Part shown: positions 22,198 through 31,336 of the stretch, in pieces
Layout: the number at the start of each line of letters is the position of its first letter
How positions within the stretch are numbered: position 1 is the first letter of the stretch
Source of the DNA: a virus
Direction: 5' to 3' (one strand)
IMG/VR virus record: IMGVR_UViG_3300037261_000029
Span: 1-37,897 of that record
DNA: 37,897 bases
Made by a program: the position numbers and the translations under genes
The notes under the pieces: model-generated
Databases searched by the model: none
Told to the model about the DNA's origin: nothing
What the model saw: only the letters and a program-made list of their open reading frames with translations

Positions 22198-25196
22198 GTG
22201 GACTTCAAAGACAGCTTTTACCCATTCAAATCGGTGGTGGAGTAGACACCAAGACGGATGACAAGAAAGTCATTTCTACCAAACTTCTTACCCTTGAGAA
22301 TGGAGTTTTTACAAACCCAGGTGAACTTGAAAAGAGAAATGGTTACCAGGCAATCACTCTAGTCATTTCTGGTGGGGGACTGATCACCAATCCCAAAGCC
22401 ATCAAAGCTTATAATTATGAGCTAGTATGCGCTGCTGAGAACTCCTTGACTCCAGGGGATGGCAGACTGTTCAGCTATTCGCCTGATCTCGTGGCCTGGG
22501 TAGATAAGGGGAAATATGTTCCCACCAAGATCACTCAAAGTGTTGTTTCAGGAGATTTTCCAGAACTCAATGGCGATGGCACATCAGATGGAAATTACAT
22601 AGTTTCCGCCTGGGTCAGTAATCCCGATGGCAGCGGTAACACTCTTTATTATGTAGTTAGGGATATAAAAACGGGGACATTCCTGATCCCAGAAACGTCG
22701 ATTGCAACAGGCTTAGAGGTAGCCGCATCAGGGTCTACTGGTGCTGCGTGGGCCGTTGCCCCCTGTGTAATCAACATGGCGGCCAATACTTTTGGGATCT
22801 TCTATCTGAAGCAGTTTGCTGGTCCGGTGGATAAGATTGTGGTCCGAATTGTCACCATTACCGGGATGACAGTATCGATCGGCGCGGAGATGATTATCGC
22901 GACAAATGCTGGTCCCGGTATGCCGGTATTTTCGACCGTCGCCACGCCAACAGGAGCGGCGCTATTCGCGTTCATTGGCGGTAGTCTGAAACTCTTTACA
23001 ATAGATCCTACCGGAACAGTCACGAATAGCACGATCGTTGCCGGTGCCAACTCTCAGCAGGTCTACATTCAGAATAATTCCTTTGATAACAGCCTCTGGG
23101 TCTATTGGAATCACAATAGCACTGGTATTTTACATTATGCGGTCTATACCGCCGCTTTGACCGTGATCCTAGCGAATACCAGTACTCTCTTGACGGGATT
23201 CCGGGTCGTTACCAGTTCTAATTCTGCATCAATGCAGACCATGTATTATTACGACGATACTGGTGGAACATTCCCAAAGATCAAAAGAGCTACGGTAACC
23301 TCGGCCGGCGTCATTGGCGCGTTCACACAGATCGGGTCCGAGGGCTCACTATTCTCTGATCCAATCGTGATCAATGGTCGTGTTTATCTCCCCCTTTTTT
23401 ATCAGAGAACGGCGCAGAGTTTATATGCCTTGATTGATGTCCAGAATGGGGAAGTCATCGCAACGTTTCTTTCTGGAACTGGGGTAATCTTAAATTCCGG
23501 CGAGGTGGGCGCCACAACCAGGCCATTTTCATTGGGGGCGTCTATTTTTGGGTTAGATATCCTTTATCAATATGCGCCCGCCTTCTCGGGTATTTTCCCA
23601 GCCCCTCTGGCTACAACGATTATCTCGATTGATTTCGATAACCAGGATGCCTATCAGGCCATTGAAATCAAAAACTCTTTGATTTGGAACGGCGGGGTGA
23701 TTACCGAGTATGACGGCCAACCGACTACTGAACTGGGATTCTTTTTATTCCCCCAAGTAGTCAGCGGCGTTCAAGGCGCAGCTGGAAATATGGCTGATGG
23801 GGCCTATGAATATCAGGTAGTTTATGAATGGTATGACAACGTAGGGCAATTTCATCAATCGGCGCCATCGTTACCTTTTTTAATCACGATTGCAGGAGGA
23901 GGTGGGACGGCTAACGTCACCCTGACTATTCTCCCTCTCACAATCACTGCTAAACAAGCCTATAATAATCGTTTCCCTGTCCACATCTCAATCTATCGCA
24001 CTACGGCTAACGGCACGATTCTTCATCTCATTAATGACCCGGGTAATGTGATTCTCAATACTCCATTTTCAGAAGTAGTATTTACCGATGGATTTTCAGA
24101 TGCCGCAATAGAAGCTAACCAGACCATTTATACCACCGGTGGTGTAGTTGATAACATCTATCCTCCTGCTGCCATGCAGATGACGATTTATAATAATCGC
24201 CTTTGGATTGTGGATTCAGAAAATCCCAATGTCGTTTGGTATTCAAAGACTGTTGGCCCTGGAATCGGTCTATCCTTCTCAGATCTTCTGACGCTCAATG
24301 TAGATGAACGTCAAGGTGAAATTACAGCTCTTGGGGCATTCGATGACAAGATTGTTTACTTTAAAAAGACTGTGCCCTTCTTTAGCGTAGGCGACGGCGC
24401 AAACGATCTCGGATTCAATTCTACTCTCTCCCTCCCTCAAATCGTCGCATCTGACGTGGGTTGTGTAGGATCTAAAAGCATTATCTTAAACATGCCGATT
24501 GGTATTATGTTTAAGAGCCAAAAGGGGATTTATCTCATCGATAGGTCTCTTCAAGTCCAATACATCGGAAGAGAAGTCGAGGCGTTTAACAATGAAGTCA
24601 TTATTTCAGCCAATCTCATTCGTTCTAAGAGTCAGATTAGATTCTTAACCACGGCTGGCGTCGCTCTTGTTTATGATTACATATACTCCCAGTGGTCGGT
24701 CTTCACTAACCACACAGGTCTAGGCGCTGATATCTGGCAGGATAATTACACTTATTGCAGGACTGATGGGGCTATCTTCAATGAAACTCCGGGTGTCTAT
24801 GTTGATGATACCTTGCCGATTATCATGAAGATTGGGACGGCTTGGATTAAGATGAGTGAAGTTCAAAATTACCAGAGATGCACCAAGCTATTTGTCATTG
24901 GTAATTATAAATCCCCCCATATCCTGCATGGCGATGTTTACTTTGATTATGAAGCAAATCCACTTACTTCCTTCCAGTTTGATCCGCAGGGGGTTCTAGT
25001 CGTGGGCGGGGAAGATGCGGTCTATCAATTCAGATACTTTATGAAGCATCAAAGATGTGAGTCATTCAGAATCGTACTCTATGACGACTTCACAAACTTC
25101 GCACCGGGCGAAGGGTATTCCTTAACCCAGATCTCCATTGAAGCGCTCCTCAAGCCTTACGGTGTGAGACTTTCCCAGTACAAGAGCGTGGGCTAA
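22194..25196 (+). CDS. large tail structural protein (tail-tube/nozzle-like by size and position)
   Basis: 1000 aa, beta-rich; position equivalent to T7 gp12. Confidence 0.5.
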   Translation: MSGLQRQLLPIQIGGGVDTKTDDKKVISTKLLTLENGVFTNPGELEKRNGYQAITLVISGGGLITNPKAIKAYNYELVCAAENSLTPGDGRLFSYSPDLVAWVDKGKYVPTKITQSVVSGDFPELNGDGTSDGNYIVSAWVSNPDGSGNTLYYVVRDIKTGTFLIPETSIATGLEVAASGSTGAAWAVAPCVINMAANTFGIFYLKQFAGPVDKIVVRIVTITGMTVSIGAEMIIATNAGPGMPVFSTVATPTGAALFAFIGGSLKLFTIDPTGTVTNSTIVAGANSQQVYIQNNSFDNSLWVYWNHNSTGILHYAVYTAALTVILANTSTLLTGFRVVTSSNSASMQTMYYYDDTGGTFPKIKRATVTSAGVIGAFTQIGSEGSLFSDPIVINGRVYLPLFYQRTAQSLYALIDVQNGEVIATFLSGTGVILNSGEVGATTRPFSLGASIFGLDILYQYAPAFSGIFPAPLATTIISIDFDNQDAYQAIEIKNSLIWNGGVITEYDGQPTTELGFFLFPQVVSGVQGAAGNMADGAYEYQVVYEWYDNVGQFHQSAPSLPFLITIAGGGGTANVTLTILPLTITAKQAYNNRFPVHISIYRTTANGTILHLINDPGNVILNTPFSEVVFTDGFSDAAIEANQTIYTTGGVVDNIYPPAAMQMTIYNNRLWIVDSENPNVVWYSKTVGPGIGLSFSDLLTLNVDERQGEITALGAFDDKIVYFKKTVPFFSVGDGANDLGFNSTLSLPQIVASDVGCVGSKSIILNMPIGIMFKSQKGIYLIDRSLQVQYIGREVEAFNNEVIISANLIRSKSQIRFLTTAGVALVYDYIYSQWSVFTNHTGLGADIWQDNYTYCRTDGAIFNETPGVYVDDTLPIIMKIGTAWIKMSEVQNYQRCTKLFVIGNYKSPHILHGDVYFDYEANPLTSFQFDPQGVLVVGGEDAVYQFRYFMKHQRCESFRIVLYDDFTNFAPGEGYSLTQISIEALLKPYGVRLSQYKSVG

Positions 25197-25579
25197 TGGA
25201 AGCGGTTAAATATGAACCTAAACTGCATTTTAGTCAGATCTGTGAATGGGCAAAGAAACGGGGTTTATCTCCATTGCCCTCTTCCGGGTTCCCAAAAACG
25301 GGTAGAATTGTTGTGAATAAGTGCGCTCTCTTTCTTTATAAGACTGATTCAGATGTAGGATTTGTAGAAAACATGATTTCATCTCCTGATTCTGAGAAGA
25401 GTGAAATACCTGAGGCACTGGATTTATGTTTTGCAGGTCTTGATTTGGATGCAAAAGAAATGGGAGTAAGATTCTTATTTGGATCTAGCTTCATCCCAGC
25501 GGTTGCAGATCATGCAAAAAGAAACGGTTACATTGTGAAACCAGAATCGTATCGGTTATTAGCGAAGGAGATTACCTAA
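25196..25579 (+). CDS. hypothetical protein
   Basis: ORF track; coupled. Confidence 0.5.
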   Translation: MEAVKYEPKLHFSQICEWAKKRGLSPLPSSGFPKTGRIVVNKCALFLYKTDSDVGFVENMISSPDSEKSEIPEALDLCFAGLDLDAKEMGVRFLFGSSFIPAVADHAKRNGYIVKPESYRLLAKEIT

Positions 25580-26751
25580 TGTCTTTTTTAACAGCTCCAT
25601 TTACGGGAACAGCGGGTGGCCAGGCTTATAACACGGTCAACCCTCAGCAGGTGGGGGTTCAAGCTGATCCTAATGCAGCGGCAAATCTTGCGCAGCAAGG
25701 CAACATCAATGCCCAACAGCAGAACTTTGTAAACATGTTGCAACAACGGGCACAGGGACAGGGCCCTAGTGTAGCTGGTCAACAACTTCAGCAAACCCTT
25801 CAACAGCAACAAGCAGGGGCAGCAGCTCAGGCAGCAGGAGCACGAGGGATTAATCCCGCTTTAGCTATGCGCTCGGCAATGGAACAGCAAGGTCAGGCAG
25901 GACAGGCGGCAGCTCAATCTGGTGCTATTGCTAGAGCTGGTGAAGCTATGAATGCTCAAGGCCAATTAGGTGGACAACTAGGCCAAATGGCTGGACAAAA
26001 TCTTCAACAACAAAACTTAGGACTTCAGCAACAGGCATTAGATGTAAATGCACAGAAAGCAAATCAAGGCGCGGGTTTAGAAGCAGGTGCCCTAAACTCC
26101 CAGATTGGTCAGGCTCAGAATACAAATCAAGGAAGCATTTTAGGTAGTATTGGGAAAACCATAGGGCAAGCAGGAATGTTGCTTGCTGATGGAGGATCTA
26201 TCCCTGGTTATGATAGCGGAGGCATTACTCCTATTGCTGATCAACCGTATCAACCAACATCGATCTTAGGAAATATCTTGAATGGAATGACTGCTAAAAA
26301 TCAAGGGGATGCTAAGGCAGCCGCTGATCAAGGGAGTGGCGGGTTTAATCCAGGTCAGATGCTTGGCAAAGGCATCAGCAGCTTAATGGGGTCATCAGGG
26401 CCACAAGCACCTGCTGGAGTCCCCAGCTCTCAGCAATGGGCTAATTTTACAGGGGCTCCTGATGCTCTAGGGGCTGCCCCATCAGCAGGGGATGCATCAT
26501 TCGGCGTGGGATTCGGCGCTGCCCATGGCGGCAAGGTTCCTAGCAATATGGGATCTAAACTCAAGGCCGGAGGTCATGTACCGGGTAAAGCCAAAGCTTC
26601 GGGTAATAATTATAAGAATGACACGGTTAAGGCAATGTTAAGCCCGGGTGAAGGTGTGATTGACCGTGAGACGATGGCTGATCAAGGTAAGGTGGGCGAT
26701 GCTGCCCGCTTCGTGATGGCTTATGTGAATAAGAAAAAGGCTTCGAAATGA
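25579..26751 (+). CDS. Q/G/A-rich internal-virion-like protein with x-G-G-x motifs
   Basis: Low-complexity QQ/GQ tracts. LLADGGSIPGYDSGGITP, AAHGGKVP, KAGGHVPG. Confidence 0.5.
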   Translation: MSFLTAPFTGTAGGQAYNTVNPQQVGVQADPNAAANLAQQGNINAQQQNFVNMLQQRAQGQGPSVAGQQLQQTLQQQQAGAAAQAAGARGINPALAMRSAMEQQGQAGQAAAQSGAIARAGEAMNAQGQLGGQLGQMAGQNLQQQNLGLQQQALDVNAQKANQGAGLEAGALNSQIGQAQNTNQGSILGSIGKTIGQAGMLLADGGSIPGYDSGGITPIADQPYQPTSILGNILNGMTAKNQGDAKAAADQGSGGFNPGQMLGKGISSLMGSSGPQAPAGVPSSQQWANFTGAPDALGAAPSAGDASFGVGFGAAHGGKVPSNMGSKLKAGGHVPGKAKASGNNYKNDTVKAMLSPGEGVIDRETMADQGKVGDAARFVMAYVNKKKASK

Positions 26752-28349
26752 ATAATTTCCATTTAGATCTAACGAAATTTAAAAGAGTCGGCTCTGATAA
26801 AAAGTCCACGACACTCCAACATGACAATGGTCATAAGTTGATTTTAAGTCATGCCAATTTAGATCAAGATAAACTCAGCGCACTGAGTAAACTCCCTGAG
26901 CTCAAAGAAGAGAATGGGGGTTCTCCTAGACGATTTGCTGAGGCTGGGACCGTTACACCTGATCCTGCTCCTTTAGAGGTAGAACCAGTCAGCCCTGATG
27001 ATTCTGAACAGCCCGCACAAGCCCCAGCAGAACCAACTCCAGAAGCTCCTGCTCAGCCAGCTCCTGCTCCAGCACAACCAGAAGCTCCAGCGCCTCCAGA
27101 AAATCAACCCCCCGAAGCAGCTCCTGCTGAACCAACTCCTCAAGCTGCTCCGCCGCTGAGTCCACAACAACAAGCTGAAAAGGGAACTCAAGAAGCTTTT
27201 AAACCGGGCTCACAAAATGTTTTTGCTAATCCGGTAGCTGGTTTTCAGCACCTTCAGCAACAAGATGCGGCTTTAGCTTATGATCTTGCCAACAGTCATA
27301 TTCATGCAAAAACAATGTCTGAGCTTTTTGGAGAGAAAGACACTTTAGGTAAGATCGGGACAGTATTTTCCATGCTTGTTGGGGGTATGGGCTCGTCTAT
27401 TTTGCATGAAGAAAATCCAGCGTTTAAGGCTATGCAAAATCAAATATCTCAGGACTTAGAAGCGCAAAAACAAAACATTAATAATAAACAGACTTTGCTT
27501 GGGCTAAATCGTCAACGATTTGGTGATTTAGAAACTGCTCTTCATGCTACAAGAGTTCAAATGAACATCAAAGCATTGAATGACATGGGAAAAATTGTTG
27601 CATCTAAAACACCGGGTAGCAAGGAATGGGTGGATGCCAATAATGCTTTAGCCACTGCTTCTCAGTTTTTTGATATGAGTAACCAAAATATCAATACTCA
27701 GATTGCTGCTAAACAGGCATTTTTGCATCAATTCCAGAATCAAAACAGCGGTCCAGAAGGCGCATTTCAAGCTCAACAATCAGCTTTACGAGCCACAGGA
27801 GATCCAAGATATATTAAAATGGCCGAGCAAGCCGATGAACGACATGTACCAGGACTAGATGGAAAGACTACCCTTCCTATTCCCCAGGAAAGAAGAAACG
27901 CGCTGGATGCGATGAATGTCTTAGATAATAAAGCGGCTGATCTTCTAGCCTTTGCTAAAGCTCATAAATTCACTAAAGACCCTCTTAAGAGAATACGCGA
28001 AGCAGCTATTGGTGCACAAAAAGCAGAAGAGATGGTGAATTTTTATAATGGCTCAATACAACCAGGTGGGGCATTAACTCAGGGGCGTATGGCATGGTTG
28101 GATAAACAAATTAATAAGAATCCAACTAGTATTTGGCAAGACGTCTCCGGTAATAATGATAGACTTCAAGAGATTCAAAACAGCAACTCTCAAAGAAGAG
28201 CAACCATGCTTAAGGGTCTTGGGTTCACTGGCCAGATCCCTGGCGTTGCTCAAGGGGCACAAAGTCCACAAGGCGGTTCTCAGGAAATGAGAACCATTAA
28301 TGGGATGCAATATCAAAAGGTAGATGGCGGCTGGAAAAAGGTGAAATAA
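26748..28349 (+). CDS. internal-virion/ejection-like protein with a P/A/E-rich linker
   Basis: About 70 aa of PAQAPAEPTPEAPAQPAPAPAQPEAPAPPENQPPEAAPAEPTPQAAPP. Confidence 0.5.
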   Translation: MNNFHLDLTKFKRVGSDKKSTTLQHDNGHKLILSHANLDQDKLSALSKLPELKEENGGSPRRFAEAGTVTPDPAPLEVEPVSPDDSEQPAQAPAEPTPEAPAQPAPAPAQPEAPAPPENQPPEAAPAEPTPQAAPPLSPQQQAEKGTQEAFKPGSQNVFANPVAGFQHLQQQDAALAYDLANSHIHAKTMSELFGEKDTLGKIGTVFSMLVGGMGSSILHEENPAFKAMQNQISQDLEAQKQNINNKQTLLGLNRQRFGDLETALHATRVQMNIKALNDMGKIVASKTPGSKEWVDANNALATASQFFDMSNQNINTQIAAKQAFLHQFQNQNSGPEGAFQAQQSALRATGDPRYIKMAEQADERHVPGLDGKTTLPIPQERRNALDAMNVLDNKAADLLAFAKAHKFTKDPLKRIREAAIGAQKAEEMVNFYNGSIQPGGALTQGRMAWLDKQINKNPTSIWQDVSGNNDRLQEIQNSNSQRRATMLKGLGFTGQIPGVAQGAQSPQGGSQEMRTINGMQYQKVDGGWKKVK

Positions 28350-30881
28350 ATGGTCGATTCTCCTGATTTTATTCCTGATGAGGCCATGCCAGCAGCACAA
28401 GGTCAGCAAGCTCCATCTCCAGCGGCATCAACTGATAATGCTCCAGATTTTATTCCTGATGAGCAAGTTGAATCCCAAGGAAACCAGGCATCGGGTGAAA
28501 CCAAATACGGGATACATGGCTTTAACCTTCCTCAGAATGAAGGAGAGCGCCAATTAGGTAAAGCAGAGCTGGAGAGTGGTATCAAAGGTTTTGCCGGTCA
28601 TGCAGCAACAGCATTAGGTGAAAAGGGTCTTACGGCTTTAGGTGTCCAAGGGTTAACTCCAGAAGATCAAGCCGCACGTGAAGAGTACCTAAAATCGGTT
28701 AATCCTGCTTTACCAGCATTGACTGAGGCTGCTGGTTTTGGTGTTGGGGTGTTCTCACCAATCAGTGCTGTTAAGGCTTTTACTGGCGCTGGGGAGCTTC
28801 TTAGGGGTGGTTTAAAGCTAGGCGAAGTGGGTCTTGCGGCTAAGGCCGCTGCAATGGGTGCAGAAAAAGCGAGTATTGCTTCTCGATTGGCGGCTGGATC
28901 AATTCAGGCGGGTTCTGAGCTTGCTGCTATGCAAACTGATGATGAAATCAGCAAGGCGGTTAATGGGACTAGCAAAGGGATTGGGGATGCGATTACTAAT
29001 GTGGGCCTTGCTGCCGCTTTAGGTGGTATTGGAGGCGGTGCTCTTTCAGGAGTAGGAATGGCGGGTAAGAGCATTGCCGATAAGATTAATCTTCCCGGTA
29101 TGATCGATCGATTTTCATATCGCGCTTCGGGTATTAATCCTCAAGAAAATCTTCAAAACGAGATGTCTAACGCCATCACTACATGGAAGGACATGCGAAA
29201 GGAAATGACTGGAGAAGGCGGGGTAAAGTCCCAGGTTGTAGATCAACTTTCTCCAAAGTCGTATACTCCTGCCATCTCGAATCAAGTTCAAGAAGTGGCT
29301 GACAAGGCCAACGCATCATTGAAAGAGATGATGTCGGATGCTGATCTTTACCCAATCAGATTGACTAAGAACTTTCAAAGAGATCTAAACATTTTTGAAA
29401 ATGCTGCAACAAATGCGAAAACTCCGGCAGATTCATTTAAGGCCATGGATGAGTTTAAAAGAAGAACGGCAGAATATTACCCATGGGGTAGACAGCCCCC
29501 AAAAACGATTGACCCTGAGTATGGTTTTTTACAGCATACTGAAGACTTGAGAAAGACCCTACAAGAAGGGCTAACCAATGAAAAGGTTTGGGGTGAATTA
29601 GGTGGTTTTCAAAACGAGCTCAATGCGGCTTATTCCAATGTGATAAAGCCAGCCAAAATGGTTGAGGGGAAGTTTTTCACCGATGCGGGTCATGGGCCGG
29701 AAATGGACCCGGGGAAGTTTAAAAGATACGTCAATGAAGCTGGCAGATTTGAAGATCCAACCATCAAACAGCAGATCGTTGAAAACTTTTCAAAGGGCCT
29801 AGAAGACTTCAATAATGCTAGAATTAGTGCCTATACCAAAAGAGGGCTTGTTGATCCAAGAGGCGAAACGCCCATTCCTATGGGTGCCATCAAAGAATCT
29901 TTAGGTAAAACTCCTTTTGAACATAAATTTGCTGATGCCATGTATGACAAACTAGGGCCAGAAGCTATTGGTAGATCGGTGGCTGCCTTAGGGGGTGGTC
30001 TTGCTGGAAGTTTAATAGGTGGTGGTGGTGTTGAAACTGCTGCTGCTCTTGCTTCTGAAAGAGCTTTTGGAAAGATGATTTCTGCATTCATCAAGCCCAT
30101 CATGGAAAAGACGGCTAATACAGCGGCATTTAGAGGCGGCCTTAATTTCATTAAAAATGTTGCTCAAGGTAATCAAAAGCTGGTGAATGCTGCTGCTGCT
30201 ATTTTTGGGGCGGGAGTGAAAACAGTTCCTAACCACTACATCCCAGATATTAAACAGATTACTGGTTTAGATGAAAAGTTGAAAAAACTCCAAAATGATC
30301 ATGCAAGTTTGCTGAATGTTTCTGGTAATTTAGATCATTACTTGCCTGAACATGCTCAAAAATTAGGTCAAACGGCAATGAACGCGGTGAACTTTTTAAA
30401 CTCCCAACGTCCTTCAAGCACTAAAGTAGGAATTCTAGACGCGGATATTCCACCTTCTAAGGCACAAGAAGCGGATTTTAATCGTAAGCTTCAGATTGCT
30501 GAACAACCTTTGATGCCTCTGCAACACATTCAAGATGGCACGCTTCTTCCGTCTGATGTCAGTACGTTGAAAACGCTTTATCCAGATCATTATCCTAAAA
30601 TGGTGCAACAACTCATGACGGCTATGACCGATCATATTCATGGGGGTGGGACTATCCCCTATAAGATCAGGCAAGGGCTATCTCTATTCATGGGACAGCC
30701 TTTAGACAGTACTATGCAACCTGCTAGCATTATGGCCATTCAGGGCACCTTTGCTAAAGCTCCAGCTCAGCAACCACCAGGTGGGGGTAAAGCCAAGGGA
30801 AGCACTGCCAAGTTAGGGAAGATGGCGACCAATCTACAGACTCAGGAGCAATCCAGGGAAGCTAGGGCTAATAAGGCCTAA
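28350..30881 (+). CDS. large internal-virion/ejection-like protein
   Basis: 843 aa; duplicated PDFIPDE at the N-terminus; Gly/Ala hydrophobic stretches. Confidence 0.5.
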   Translation: MVDSPDFIPDEAMPAAQGQQAPSPAASTDNAPDFIPDEQVESQGNQASGETKYGIHGFNLPQNEGERQLGKAELESGIKGFAGHAATALGEKGLTALGVQGLTPEDQAAREEYLKSVNPALPALTEAAGFGVGVFSPISAVKAFTGAGELLRGGLKLGEVGLAAKAAAMGAEKASIASRLAAGSIQAGSELAAMQTDDEISKAVNGTSKGIGDAITNVGLAAALGGIGGGALSGVGMAGKSIADKINLPGMIDRFSYRASGINPQENLQNEMSNAITTWKDMRKEMTGEGGVKSQVVDQLSPKSYTPAISNQVQEVADKANASLKEMMSDADLYPIRLTKNFQRDLNIFENAATNAKTPADSFKAMDEFKRRTAEYYPWGRQPPKTIDPEYGFLQHTEDLRKTLQEGLTNEKVWGELGGFQNELNAAYSNVIKPAKMVEGKFFTDAGHGPEMDPGKFKRYVNEAGRFEDPTIKQQIVENFSKGLEDFNNARISAYTKRGLVDPRGETPIPMGAIKESLGKTPFEHKFADAMYDKLGPEAIGRSVAALGGGLAGSLIGGGGVETAAALASERAFGKMISAFIKPIMEKTANTAAFRGGLNFIKNVAQGNQKLVNAAAAIFGAGVKTVPNHYIPDIKQITGLDEKLKKLQNDHASLLNVSGNLDHYLPEHAQKLGQTAMNAVNFLNSQRPSSTKVGILDADIPPSKAQEADFNRKLQIAEQPLMPLQHIQDGTLLPSDVSTLKTLYPDHYPKMVQQLMTAMTDHIHGGGTIPYKIRQGLSLFMGQPLDSTMQPASIMAIQGTFAKAPAQQPPGGGKAKGSTAKLGKMATNLQTQEQSREARANKA

Positions 30882-30882
30882 A

Positions 30883-30898
30883 GCATCAAAATGGCATT
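30883..30898 (+). promoter_or_regulatory. late-region motif variant GCATCAAAATGGCATT (copy 3)
   Basis: Shares GCATC-N4-TGGCAT and the downstream ATTGAATAC with copies 1 and 2. Lies 46 nt upstream of the ATG at 30944. Confidence 0.35.
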
Positions 30899-30943
30899 GA
30901 TTGAATACTAGGGATAATCATCCCGAACCCATGAGGAGTTTCA

Positions 30944-31336
30944 ATGTCTAATCGCCCTTTAATCGCCCCTAATCTCAATAAGCCTATCGTTAATGCCGTA
31001 TCTATGGCGGCAGACGTTACTAGCCCCGCGACTATCATTCAGCGGTTACCTGGTATTTCTTATGACATCAGCTGGATAGGCACTCCTACCGGAACATTCA
31101 CCGTCGAAGTGTCTAATACCTATTCACAAGATGCAGAAGGAAACCCAGCGAATCCTGGCAATTGGAGTATTTTACCCCCTTCTGCTTTTATTGGAATTAT
31201 CCCCGCTCCAGCAGGAGCCTCAGGGAATGGCTTTATCGATGTTGTAGGGACTGAGGCTTATGCAATTAGATTAGTTTACCACAGAACCGGCGGGACTGGG
31301 TCTTTGACGGTCGTCGTCGCAGCGAAGGTGCTCTGA
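30944..31336 (+). CDS. hypothetical tail-module protein
   Basis: ORF track; ATGA-coupled to the fibre gene. Confidence 0.5.
   Translation: MSNRPLIAPNLNKPIVNAVSMAADVTSPATIIQRLPGISYDISWIGTPTGTFTVEVSNTYSQDAEGNPANPGNWSILPPSAFIGIIPAPAGASGNGFIDVVGTEAYAIRLVYHRTGGTGSLTVVVAAKVL

Noticed and set aside
26973-27191. Minus-strand 72-aa ORF rich in W/S/R/L
   Set aside because: It is the antisense reading of the Pro/Ala/Glu-rich linker-coding repeat of the 26748-28349 gene, a compositional artefact.
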